A program made the translations under genes and the position numbers. The notes under the pieces were generated by a model. The model was not told where the DNA came from. It did no database searches and saw only the letters and a list, made by a program, of their open reading frames with translations. From Candidatus Latescibacterota bacterium (lineage in GTDB: Bacteria; Latescibacterota; UBA2968; UBA8231): DNA of 64,000 nt. Positions 28,781 through 37,165 of the stretch are shown here, in pieces (position 1 is the first letter of the stretch; each line of letters starts with the position of its first letter). The stretch is taken from the NCBI GenBank assembly GCA_965206595.1, contig OZ242214.1, forward strand, positions 96,001-160,000, in the 5' to 3' direction.

Positions 28781-29754
28781 AAAATCATCCAATAGACCCG
28801 TTCGCGGCGGAAGATATTAAGGATCAGGTGGATAAGGTGCTACGTGGTCTGGATAACCCCGAACCACCGCTAGACCTAGGCGATGTGCGTGAACTTCTCA
28901 AACTTGACCTCCAGTTCTACAGCACTAGGAATACTGGAGCACTCCGCGAGTTCGTGAGCAGGGTTAAGGTAGGGGGAAAGCAGATCGCGATGAGGCCAAC
29001 CCTCATCCTCGACGTGGTCAGCCAAGCAGGTTTGAAGGCCCTTTGGATTCCTGATAGGAGCCGCATCCTTATCAACGAAGAGCTTCATAAACTAAAAAGG
29101 CGGCACGCGGTAGGCCACGAAATTACGCACAGTATCATGCCCCACCATCGTCTGTTCTTGTTTGGCGACGACCGTGAGACGTTGCGTACTTCGTGTCACG
29201 AGAAGCTCGAGTCAGAGGCCAACTTTGGCTCTGGGCAGCTCCTTTTTCTTAGGGAGCGATTTGTTGAAGAAGCGAACGACTTACCGCCAACCCTCAACAC
29301 GGTTCAAAAACTAGCCAAGAGGTTCGGCAACACTATAACCATGACTTTGTGGCGACTCGTTGAGGAAGCTCACGCAGGCAAACCTGTCTTTGGTGTGATC
29401 TCCCCACACCCGAAGCGTCTTTGCGACGACTTCGACCCGACGACGCCATGTCGTTACTTCATCGAGTCTCCGGCATTCCGCGAGCGTTTCGGTATTGTCA
29501 CTGAAGTAGCTGCCTTCGAAGCCATACAGGAGTACGTATCATGGGCGCGCCGAGGCCCGCTGGGGGAGAGCTACGGTGATTTCGTTGGCTGTGATGGAGA
29601 ATCGCATCGTTTCCACATGGAGACGTTTTTCAACGGTTACGAGGCGCTTACGATCGGTACTCACCGTGGTCTCGTGCCCGCGCAGGTGGCTGTTCCGGCA
29701 GACTATCCTCATCCAATGTCCGCGGAGCCATCACACACCGGCATAGGTAAGTAG
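28777..29754 (+). CDS. ImmA/IrrE (CapP-like) zinc metallopeptidase
   Basis: ILINE..RRHAVGHEITH (HExxH) and E.EANF motifs, an HTH-like segment LAKRFGNT and a C-terminal extension. Confidence 0.88.
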   Translation: MKNHPIDPFAAEDIKDQVDKVLRGLDNPEPPLDLGDVRELLKLDLQFYSTRNTGALREFVSRVKVGGKQIAMRPTLILDVVSQAGLKALWIPDRSRILINEELHKLKRRHAVGHEITHSIMPHHRLFLFGDDRETLRTSCHEKLESEANFGSGQLLFLRERFVEEANDLPPTLNTVQKLAKRFGNTITMTLWRLVEEAHAGKPVFGVISPHPKRLCDDFDPTTPCRYFIESPAFRERFGIVTEVAAFEAIQEYVSWARRGPLGESYGDFVGCDGESHRFHMETFFNGYEALTIGTHRGLVPAQVAVPADYPHPMSAEPSHTGIGK

Positions 29755-29829
29755 TAGCACCAGTGGCCCACCTTCTGAACGAGGGGGCCACCTTCACAAT
29801 CCCCGTTAGACCAAAGAGGAGATCAATCG

Positions 29830-30162
29830 ATGGGAACCAATGTTTCCGGAACTACCGAGCGCGAAGAACTCGACATCGAGGCTTTCGCCAAAGAACAACC
29901 CGATCTCGAGAAACCACCCGCTGGCGTCTACATCATCCGCATCGACCGAGAGCGGAAGCGTGTGCATGAGCCGGAGCTTCCCGGGATCAAGATTCTTGCG
30001 CTGGTGGGCAAGACGCCAGACACCCACAAGCTCTTCCAGAAGTTCCATGGCGGCGAAACCAAGGAAGTCAAGGAGGAAGAGGTTGTGAGCTTCCTCAAGG
30101 AGGGCATCGAACGATTTCAGACCATCCCGAAGGACACCACTGAAGGGATTTTTGGTGGTTGA
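29830..30162 (+). CDS. Multiubiquitin-family ubiquitin-like protein (one beta-grasp domain)
   Basis: YIIRID....V....L.G..IL.LVGKTP..L....VSF...GIERF.T pattern; ends TTEGIFGG; GAGGA RBS. Confidence 0.8.
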   Translation: MGTNVSGTTEREELDIEAFAKEQPDLEKPPAGVYIIRIDRERKRVHEPELPGIKILALVGKTPDTHKLFQKFHGGETKEVKEEEVVSFLKEGIERFQTIPKDTTEGIFGG

Positions 30163-30565
30163 CGACCGGCGTCAGTTCCAGTTACCCGATTTCGATCTTG
30201 AGTTTCTCGACCGCCGCGGCCGGCCGTGGGAGGCGGTGGTCGAGAACGGCATGCATTGGGTAGTTCTCCACGACCATCCGGTTTCCAAGGGCTACAACCA
30301 CACGAGCGTGAGCGCCGCACTTCAGTTGCCGCAGAGTTATCCTGACACTCAAATCGACATGGTGTACTTCTACCCGCATCTGGCACCGACCAACGGAAAG
30401 CTCCCCCGCCGACTTTCGTCCCATAAATTCGACGGAAAGATCTGGCAACGGTGGTCACGGCACCGCACAAATGCCAACGTGTGGCGCCGCGGTTACGACT
30501 GTATCGAGACACACCTCTTGCTTGTCAACGAGTGGCTTGAACGCGAACTCAGATGTGCCGCTTGA
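30152..30565 (+). CDS. Prokaryotic E2 (family E-like) UBC-fold protein
   Basis: LP..D..FL, P...GYN, LP.SYPDTQIDM.YF.P and WQRWSRH motifs. Confidence 0.82.
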   Translation: MVVDDRRQFQLPDFDLEFLDRRGRPWEAVVENGMHWVVLHDHPVSKGYNHTSVSAALQLPQSYPDTQIDMVYFYPHLAPTNGKLPRRLSSHKFDGKIWQRWSRHRTNANVWRRGYDCIETHLLLVNEWLERELRCAA

Positions 30566-31950
30566 GTGATATCCGACTCCGTCTGACGGGTCAGCAACAC
30601 GCCGATTTGCGCCAACATCTGTTTCCAGGTGACGGGAAAGAGGCGGTGGCGGTTGCTCTTTGTGGCCGAACGGCATCACTTGGGTCGGAAATCCTGCTCG
30701 TTCACAAGCTAGACCTCGTGCCCCACGAGGCGTGTAAGCGCCGCCGAGACCGAATCAACTGGCCCCCGACGCACGTTGAACGGTTTTTCCGCGAGGCTTC
30801 CGCTAACGACTTGGCCATCGTAAAGGTACACAGCCACCCCGACGGCTTCGGTGGTTTCTCGAGTACCGACGATGATTCAGACAGAAAGCTATTCGAGTCG
30901 GTCTATGGTTGGGTCGATGGGGACCGCCCGCATGCAAGCGCCATTATGCTGCCGGATGGTCAGATACGAGCTCGCGCAGTGTCAGCCGGAGGAGCGTTCG
31001 CAACGGTGCGCCACGTTCAAGTTGTAGGTAACGATGTTCTCTTCTGGCCCGACCAACCGGAGTTGGCAGTCCCTGCGTTCGCCGAACGCCACGCCCAGTT
31101 ATTCGGACTTGGCACAACTGCGTTACTTGGCAGCCTCCGGATCGCTGTGGTGGGATGCTCTGGAACGGGCAGCCCGGTCATCGAGCAGCTCGTTCGCCTT
31201 GGGGTGGGGGAACTCGTGCTCGTGGATCCCGACCACGTTGAAGAACGGAATCTCAACCGAATCCTGGGGGCTACAGTAGAGGACGCAAGCCAAGAACGGC
31301 TCAAGGTGGACGTGATAAAGCGCCACATCGACCGGATTGGGCTCGGTACGCAGGTTTATAAGTTCGCTTCCGCTCTGCAGGACCAGGCAGCCATGAGAGC
31401 TGTCGCGGCTTCCGACCTCGTTATTGGGTGCATGGATGGCTTTTCGGGCCGCCACATGCTTGCACGGCTCATTCGCTACTACCTTCTCCCTTACATCGAT
31501 GCCGGCGTGAAGCTCGAAGCCCTTGAAGATGGAACCATCAACCAAGTCGCTGGGAGTGTTCACTACCTCCAACCGACAGGTCTCGACTTTATCGACCGCG
31601 GTGTGTTTACCCTCGAAGACCTCGAGGCTGAGGACCTGTTTCGAACGAATCCCGAAGAATACCGTGAACGACACGCCCGAGGCTATGTTCGTGGGGTTCA
31701 GGTTGACCGCCCTGCAGTCATCAGTGTGAACATGTACTTCGCAAGCCTTGCCGTGAACGAGGTCCTCGCCCGGCTACATCCCTTCCGCATGGACGACAAC
31801 GAGGAATTTGGGACCACCCGCATGAGTCTCAGTCATTTCCAGCTTGAAAACGAAGGTGACGGGCTTGCTCCTCCCCGTATGCTCGCTTCGGTTGGCCGTG
31901 GCGACATCGACCCTCCCCTCGGAATGCCGAGTTTGGGATCACGCCCATGA
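30553..31950 (+). CDS. JAB/MPN peptidase-ThiF/E1 adenylation enzyme fusion
   Basis: N-terminal E..HSHP..FS.TDD JAB motif; C-terminal VVGCSGTGS, DPDHVEERNLNRI, K and GCMD E1 motifs. Confidence 0.9.
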   Translation: MCRLSDIRLRLTGQQHADLRQHLFPGDGKEAVAVALCGRTASLGSEILLVHKLDLVPHEACKRRRDRINWPPTHVERFFREASANDLAIVKVHSHPDGFGGFSSTDDDSDRKLFESVYGWVDGDRPHASAIMLPDGQIRARAVSAGGAFATVRHVQVVGNDVLFWPDQPELAVPAFAERHAQLFGLGTTALLGSLRIAVVGCSGTGSPVIEQLVRLGVGELVLVDPDHVEERNLNRILGATVEDASQERLKVDVIKRHIDRIGLGTQVYKFASALQDQAAMRAVAASDLVIGCMDGFSGRHMLARLIRYYLLPYIDAGVKLEALEDGTINQVAGSVHYLQPTGLDFIDRGVFTLEDLEAEDLFRTNPEEYRERHARGYVRGVQVDRPAVISVNMYFASLAVNEVLARLHPFRMDDNEEFGTTRMSLSHFQLENEGDGLAPPRMLASVGRGDIDPPLGMPSLGSRP

Positions 31951-32384
31951 ACGTGCTGAAGCAAGTCTGGTCTTGGCTTCGGTGGCCTTTTTCTCCAACC
32001 CCTGTGCACCGTCCAGTGGTTGTCGAGGAACTCCCGGAGCAGTTCTACGCCGGGGAGATATATCTGATTGGCGAGGATGGACATTTCTGGTGTGCTGCAA
32101 TGCTCTGCCCGTGCGGATGCAGAGCAATCATCCAGCTTAACCTCGTTGCCGGAACTCGACCTCTTTGGACATTCGAACTCGATTCCGACACCAAAGCCAT
32201 CACCCTACAACCCTCGGTCTGGCGCACTGCAGGCTGCCGCAGCCATTTCAGTATTCAACTGGGTCGTGTGCGGTGGTATCGATCACGGCGTTCGTTCAGA
32301 TCAATGCTGAGGGTGCTCAGGGACTGGGTCGACGAAAAAAGGATGCCGCCTGGGCTCGGATCCCATCGCCGCAGTGCGGCTTAA
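31947..32384 (+). CDS. DUF6527-like Cys/His-rich protein
   Basis: CPCGC...I.LNL...P.W...TL.PSVW...GCRSHF.I..G.V.W; ATGA overlap with the E1 gene. Confidence 0.78.
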   Translation: MNVLKQVWSWLRWPFSPTPVHRPVVVEELPEQFYAGEIYLIGEDGHFWCAAMLCPCGCRAIIQLNLVAGTRPLWTFELDSDTKAITLQPSVWRTAGCRSHFSIQLGRVRWYRSRRSFRSMLRVLRDWVDEKRMPPGLGSHRRSAA

Positions 32385-32406
32385 TTCTTTCGCCCTCTCC
32401 CTGCGC

Positions 32407-34008
32407 TCACCCCCTTCCCAGCATGCGCACATCCCGCACCGTCTCGACGAGGCGGATGAACTCGCCCCGGTAGCCCCTCGGGTCATACCCCTGACCCCTC
32501 TCGGCAAGTCCGATGACGTCTTCCAGCGTGTAGCCGCCGATATGGGGTGAGTCGCGGAGCAGCATGCCGAAGCCCGCCACCGCCGCGGCGAAGCGGAAAT
32601 CGGTGGAGGGACCGGCAGGCGCGTCCACCACCGGCTGTGTAAGGAGGCGGCTCGCCGAACCGTCCGGGTCCTTGTAGCGGACCTTCACGTACATCAGCTC
32701 TCCCTCGAGGCCGCTGTCGACGGCGGTGTCGTCCTCGTCTTCCGGTTGGTAGCGGAGGTCGTCCACCGCGCCTCCGGGAACCGGAACGCCCGCGGGAACG
32801 ACCTCGTACAGGGCCGTCACCGTGTGTCCGGCCCCCAGCTCGCCGGCATCCTCGCTGTCGTCGTTGAAGTCCTCCGGGTCGAGCAGGCGGTTCTCGTAGC
32901 CGATCAGCCGGTATCCGGCCGCCCGGGAAGGGTTGAACTCGACCTGCACCTTCACATCCTTGGCAAGGGTGAGGAGGGTTCCGCCCATCTCCTCCACCAG
33001 GACCTTCCTGGCCTCCAGCAGGCTGTCGACGTAGTGGAAGTTGCCGTTCCCGTGGTCGGCGATCTGCTCCATCTTCGCGTCCTTCAGGTTCCCGGTGCCG
33101 AAGCCGAGAACCGTCAGAAAGATCCCGCTCTCCCGCTCCTTCTCGATGAGCCGGATCATCTCCTCGTCGCTGGATGCGCCGACGTTGAAGTCGCCGTCCG
33201 TCGCCAGGATGACGCGGTTGTTGCCGCCGTCGAGGTGGTGCTCGCGCGCGACCTGGTAGGCGAGCCTGATTCCCTCCCCGCCCGCGGTGCTGCCGCCGGC
33301 CCGGAGCTCTTCCAGGGCGGCGAGGATCTCCTCCCGGGCGTCTCCCGGCGTCGAGGGCAGGACCAGCCCGGCGGCGCCGGCATAGACCACGATCGCCACC
33401 CGGTCCTCGGCCCTGAGCTGCTCGACGAGGAGCGCGAAAGCCTTCTTGAGCAGCGGCAGCTTGTCGGGTGACTCCATCGATCCCGACACATCGATCAGGA
33501 AGACCAGGTTCCCGGGCGGCAGGTCCTCGGTGTCCATCGACCGCGCCTTGAGGCCGATGCGCACCAGCCGATGCTCCGGTTTCCAGGGCGCCTCCCAAAC
33601 CTCGGTGGCGACGGCGAAGGGGTGCTCTCCCGACACTTCGTCCCACTCGTAGGGGAAGTAGTTGATCATCTCCTCGATCCGTACCGCGTCGATCGGCGGC
33701 CGCTGTCCATCCTCGATGAAGCGGCGCACGTTGGCGTACGAGGCCCGGTCGACGTCGATGGAGAAGGTCGACAGCGGCGACTCGCTCACGAGCTGAAAGC
33801 CGTTCTCGCCGATGGGGGCGTACGACTCGGTGTTGGAGTAGGAGGGGGGAGAGATGTGTCTGTAATCCGCGGCGGCCTCAGGGGCGGAGGACATTTTGGG
33901 GGCGAACGGATCGCCGGTGCACGAGGCAAGGGCGAGGAAGCAGAGAAGGGATGAGGCCAACCCGGTGAAGGTGGCGGACCGGTAGGGTCGGGTGGGGTTC
34001 GAGTTCAT
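32407..34008 (-). CDS. YfbK-like vWA-domain lipoprotein
   Basis: Lipobox LASC; STFSIDVDRASY, DVSGSM (MIDAS), ILATDGDFN and YRLIGYENR motifs. Confidence 0.9.
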   Translation of the reverse strand: MNSNPTRPYRSATFTGLASSLLCFLALASCTGDPFAPKMSSAPEAAADYRHISPPSYSNTESYAPIGENGFQLVSESPLSTFSIDVDRASYANVRRFIEDGQRPPIDAVRIEEMINYFPYEWDEVSGEHPFAVATEVWEAPWKPEHRLVRIGLKARSMDTEDLPPGNLVFLIDVSGSMESPDKLPLLKKAFALLVEQLRAEDRVAIVVYAGAAGLVLPSTPGDAREEILAALEELRAGGSTAGGEGIRLAYQVAREHHLDGGNNRVILATDGDFNVGASSDEEMIRLIEKERESGIFLTVLGFGTGNLKDAKMEQIADHGNGNFHYVDSLLEARKVLVEEMGGTLLTLAKDVKVQVEFNPSRAAGYRLIGYENRLLDPEDFNDDSEDAGELGAGHTVTALYEVVPAGVPVPGGAVDDLRYQPEDEDDTAVDSGLEGELMYVKVRYKDPDGSASRLLTQPVVDAPAGPSTDFRFAAAVAGFGMLLRDSPHIGGYTLEDVIGLAERGQGYDPRGYRGEFIRLVETVRDVRMLGRG

Positions 34009-34424
34009 GAAATCGCCTCTGGGATGATGGGGTTGTGAGAGGAAGGGGCACGCTGCCGCAATGAAGCCAGATGCCGGTGCGCGGGGGCCGCAGGTCGGTC
34101 CTCGAAAACGCAGGTGTCCGGGTTGGACGATGCGGAGGGCTGCTTCGGGATGTCCGGGAGCGAGGCCATCGCTTCCGTCATGGCCTTCCTCGTGGGACGC
34201 CGCCGCTGCGCGGGGGTTCCGCGGGTGGCAGGCGCGGCGCGCTGGCCCCATTGGCCCATGGTAGCATGCCCCCACGCGACCGATCCAGGGGTGCCATATT
34301 CCAGCCATGTCTTTCCCCCCGAGCCCGACGCCTGAGCAAGGCGGAACGGAGCCTGCCCTTTGGCCGCCACCGTAAAGAAACATATATTGATCTTTAAATC
34401 ACTATAGTGTCTGTTTTTTGAATC

Positions 34425-34754
34425 ATGAAATCTTCCCGATCCCAACAGGCCCTCCCCTTCGGGGTGCGGCGCGCCCTGCAGAAGCTGGGCATGGATGTCT
34501 CGGCCGCCCGGCGCCGGCGCCGGATACCCATGGCGCTCATGGCCGAGCGCGCCTTCATCAGCCGCACCACGTTGGCGAGGGTCGAGAAAGGGGACCCCGG
34601 CGTATCGATGGGCATCTACGCCTCTGTCCTCTTCGTCCTGGGAATGGCGGACCGCCTGGGAGATCTCGCGGACGCCGCCCGAGATCCGGTCGGGCTGGGC
34701 CTCGAAGAGGAGCGGCTGCCGCGTCGCATCCGTACGCCGCGGCAGGCACCATAG
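34425..34754 (+). CDS. HTH antitoxin (HipB-like)
   Basis: ARRRR....MAERA.ISRTTL.RVEKGDPGVS; directly upstream of hipA. Confidence 0.85.
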   Translation: MKSSRSQQALPFGVRRALQKLGMDVSAARRRRRIPMALMAERAFISRTTLARVEKGDPGVSMGIYASVLFVLGMADRLGDLADAARDPVGLGLEEERLPRRIRTPRQAP

Positions 34755-34763
34755 GGGGCCGCC

Positions 34764-35999
34764 ATGGAGCGTGAGATTCTGGTCTTCATCGACCGGGCCG
34801 GTGAGACCGTTTCCGCAGGCACCCTGTGGGCGCGGACCCGAGGAGCCCGTCAGACCGCCTCCTTCGAGTACGACCCTTCCTGGCTGGCGCGCCGGGACGC
34901 CTTCGGACTCGATCCCGTGCTCCCTCCGGCACGCGGGCAGTTCCACACCGACCGGCCCCTGTTCAACGCCTTCACCGATCCCGCCCCGGACCGCTGGGGA
35001 CAGACTCTCATGCGCCGCAACGAGCTCCGGAGGGCGTGGGCGGAAGGGCGCCAACCGAGAACATTGCTGGCCGTCGATTTCCTCACCCTGGTCGACGACG
35101 AGACGCGGCTCGGCACGCTGCGGTTCAAGGAGGCCGGCGGCGGCCCGTTTCTCACCTCGACCGGCAGGCAGGTGCCGCCGGTTGTCGACCTGCCTCGGCT
35201 GCTGTCCGCCGCCACCCGCGTCATCGATGCCAACGAGACCGACGACGACCTGCGGTTGCTCCTGGCCCCCGGAACCTCGCTCGGGGGAGCTCGAGCGAAA
35301 GCCACGGTCCGCGACCGGGACGGGCACCTTCTGATCGCCAAGTTCCCGCGCCGGGACGACGACTGGCCGGTGACGCGATGGGAAGCGGCCACCATGGCGT
35401 TGGCCGAGGCGGCGGGGGTCCGGGTCGCGCCGTTCCAGCTCCTGCAGGTAGCGAACAGCCCCGTATTCATGGCCCGGCGCTTCGACCGCAGGCAGGGCCG
35501 GCGCATCCCTTTCATGTCGGCGCTCACCGCAATCGAGGGGTCGGACAACGAGATGCGAAGCTATCTGGAGATCGCCGAGTTCCTGCGGCGGGAGGGACTG
35601 GAGGTGAACGAGGACCTGGGTCAGCTCTGGCGCCGGATCGTGTTCAACATGCTGGTGTCCAACACCGACGACCATCTGCGCAACCACGGCTTTCTCCGGG
35701 AGCAGAACGGCTGGCGGCTTTCACCGGCGTATGACCTCAACCCGGTGCCGGCCGACGTGAAGCCGCGCGTCCATGCGCTCGCGATCGACGAGACGGACGG
35801 CACGGCGTCCTTCGACACGGCCATGGAGGTAGCCCCGATGTTCGGCATGACGGGGCAGGCGGCGCGCGCGACAGCAGCCGAGGTGGGCAGGGCGGTCCGT
35901 GGCTGGCGGGATGCGGCGGCCGGCATCGGCATTTCGGCGAATGAAACCGAGCGGATGTCCAGCGCCTTCGATCACGACGACCTCGAGGCGGCGATCTGA
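34764..35999 (+). CDS. hipA: HipA-family kinase toxin
   Basis: SLGGARAK, IAKFP, RRFDR, NTDDHLRNHGF and LSPAYDLNP motifs. Confidence 0.93.
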   Translation: MEREILVFIDRAGETVSAGTLWARTRGARQTASFEYDPSWLARRDAFGLDPVLPPARGQFHTDRPLFNAFTDPAPDRWGQTLMRRNELRRAWAEGRQPRTLLAVDFLTLVDDETRLGTLRFKEAGGGPFLTSTGRQVPPVVDLPRLLSAATRVIDANETDDDLRLLLAPGTSLGGARAKATVRDRDGHLLIAKFPRRDDDWPVTRWEAATMALAEAAGVRVAPFQLLQVANSPVFMARRFDRRQGRRIPFMSALTAIEGSDNEMRSYLEIAEFLRREGLEVNEDLGQLWRRIVFNMLVSNTDDHLRNHGFLREQNGWRLSPAYDLNPVPADVKPRVHALAIDETDGTASFDTAMEVAPMFGMTGQAARATAAEVGRAVRGWRDAAAGIGISANETERMSSAFDHDDLEAAI

Positions 36000-36185
36000 A
36001 GAAAGCGATGATGGCACCCGTCGGAAGTGGTGTTTGCCGGGGAGCGCCATCGGCTTCGGGCGCGCGCGGCCAGGGAGCCGCAGTGCAGCCCGCTGCACCG
36101 GGTAGGAGTTGGGAGGAAACCGTCCGTAACTTGGGGCAGCGGCCCCCCGAGCAGGAGCGAATCCGAAAAACGAGAGGAGATTGAG

Positions 36186-37160
36186 ATGAAGGTCTGTCTG
36201 GTGGGAGAAGGCGCTCAGGGCATCACCCACATGAGGGCGCTGCGCGGGATGGAGGGCGTCGAGGTGGTCAGCCTGGCCGGAGGCATCGCCGCGGACGCAG
36301 AGGCCTTTGCCCGCGAGCACGGCATCGGCCACGTCTCCACCGATCTCGAGGAGTGCCTGGGCCGGCCCGGGGTCGAAGCCGCGGTGATCACCAGCCCGAA
36401 TCAGCTCCACTGCGAACAGGCGGTGACCGCCCTGGAACGGGGCAAACACGTCCTCCTCGAGCTGCCGATGGGGCTGTCGCTGGCCGAATCCCGGCGCGTG
36501 GTGGAGGCGGAGGAGAGGTCGGGGAAGGTGGCGATGATGTGCCACACCCAGCGCTACCGCCCGTCCTTCCGCAGGTTGCACCAGATGATCGCGGACGGCG
36601 GCCTGCACCTGCACCACATCGTGCAGCAGACCTACTTCTTCCGCCGCGTCAACGAGAACCGCTTCGGCAAGCCGCGCATCTGGACCGACGACCTGCTGTG
36701 GCACCAGGCCTGCCACATGATCGACATGGTCTACTGGCTCCTCGGCGACCCCGGCATGCAGGCCTGGGGGCGCTGCGGGCCGGTGCACGAGCGGCTGGGG
36801 GTGCCGATGGACATCTGCATCTCCCTGCGCTCCGCCGCCGGCTGCCTGGTGAGCGCGGCCCAGTCGTTCAACAACCACGGCCCGATCCGGGGGGAATGGC
36901 GGTTCATCGGCGAGGAGGAGACGTACGTGACCGACGGCGCCGGGCTGCGCGATCACCAGGGGAACGAGGTGTCCCTGCCGGACGGGCCCTCCGGGGTCGA
37001 AGCCCAGGACGGTGAGTTCTTCGCCGCCATCCGCGAGGCGCGCAAGGCGCTGACCAGCTGCTCCGAGGTGCTGCCGGTGATGGGGATCATCGACCGCGTG
37101 CAGAGGGCGATGGACGGCCGCGACGGAGCCCCGAGTGCCGGCATGGTGCAGTCCTCCTGA
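36186..37160 (+). CDS. Gfo/Idh/MocA-family oxidoreductase
   Basis: VCLVGEGAQG..H, SPNQLH and GKHVLLELP motifs; GAGGAG RBS. Confidence 0.88.
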   Translation: MKVCLVGEGAQGITHMRALRGMEGVEVVSLAGGIAADAEAFAREHGIGHVSTDLEECLGRPGVEAAVITSPNQLHCEQAVTALERGKHVLLELPMGLSLAESRRVVEAEERSGKVAMMCHTQRYRPSFRRLHQMIADGGLHLHHIVQQTYFFRRVNENRFGKPRIWTDDLLWHQACHMIDMVYWLLGDPGMQAWGRCGPVHERLGVPMDICISLRSAAGCLVSAAQSFNNHGPIRGEWRFIGEEETYVTDGAGLRDHQGNEVSLPDGPSGVEAQDGEFFAAIREARKALTSCSEVLPVMGIIDRVQRAMDGRDGAPSAGMVQSS

Positions 37161-37165
37161 TCCGA

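Noticed and set aside
30553-31950. ThiF/MoeB cofactor-biosynthesis gene
   Set aside because: It is fused to JAB, flanked by E2 and multiubiquitin-type genes, lacks the zinc CxxC pairs, and has no thiamine or molybdopterin genes nearby.
28777-32384. CBASS or Pycsar system, suggested by CapP/CapH-like and E1/E2/JAB genes
   Set aside because: No CD-NTase, cyclase or effector gene is present, and there is a free-standing Ubl instead.
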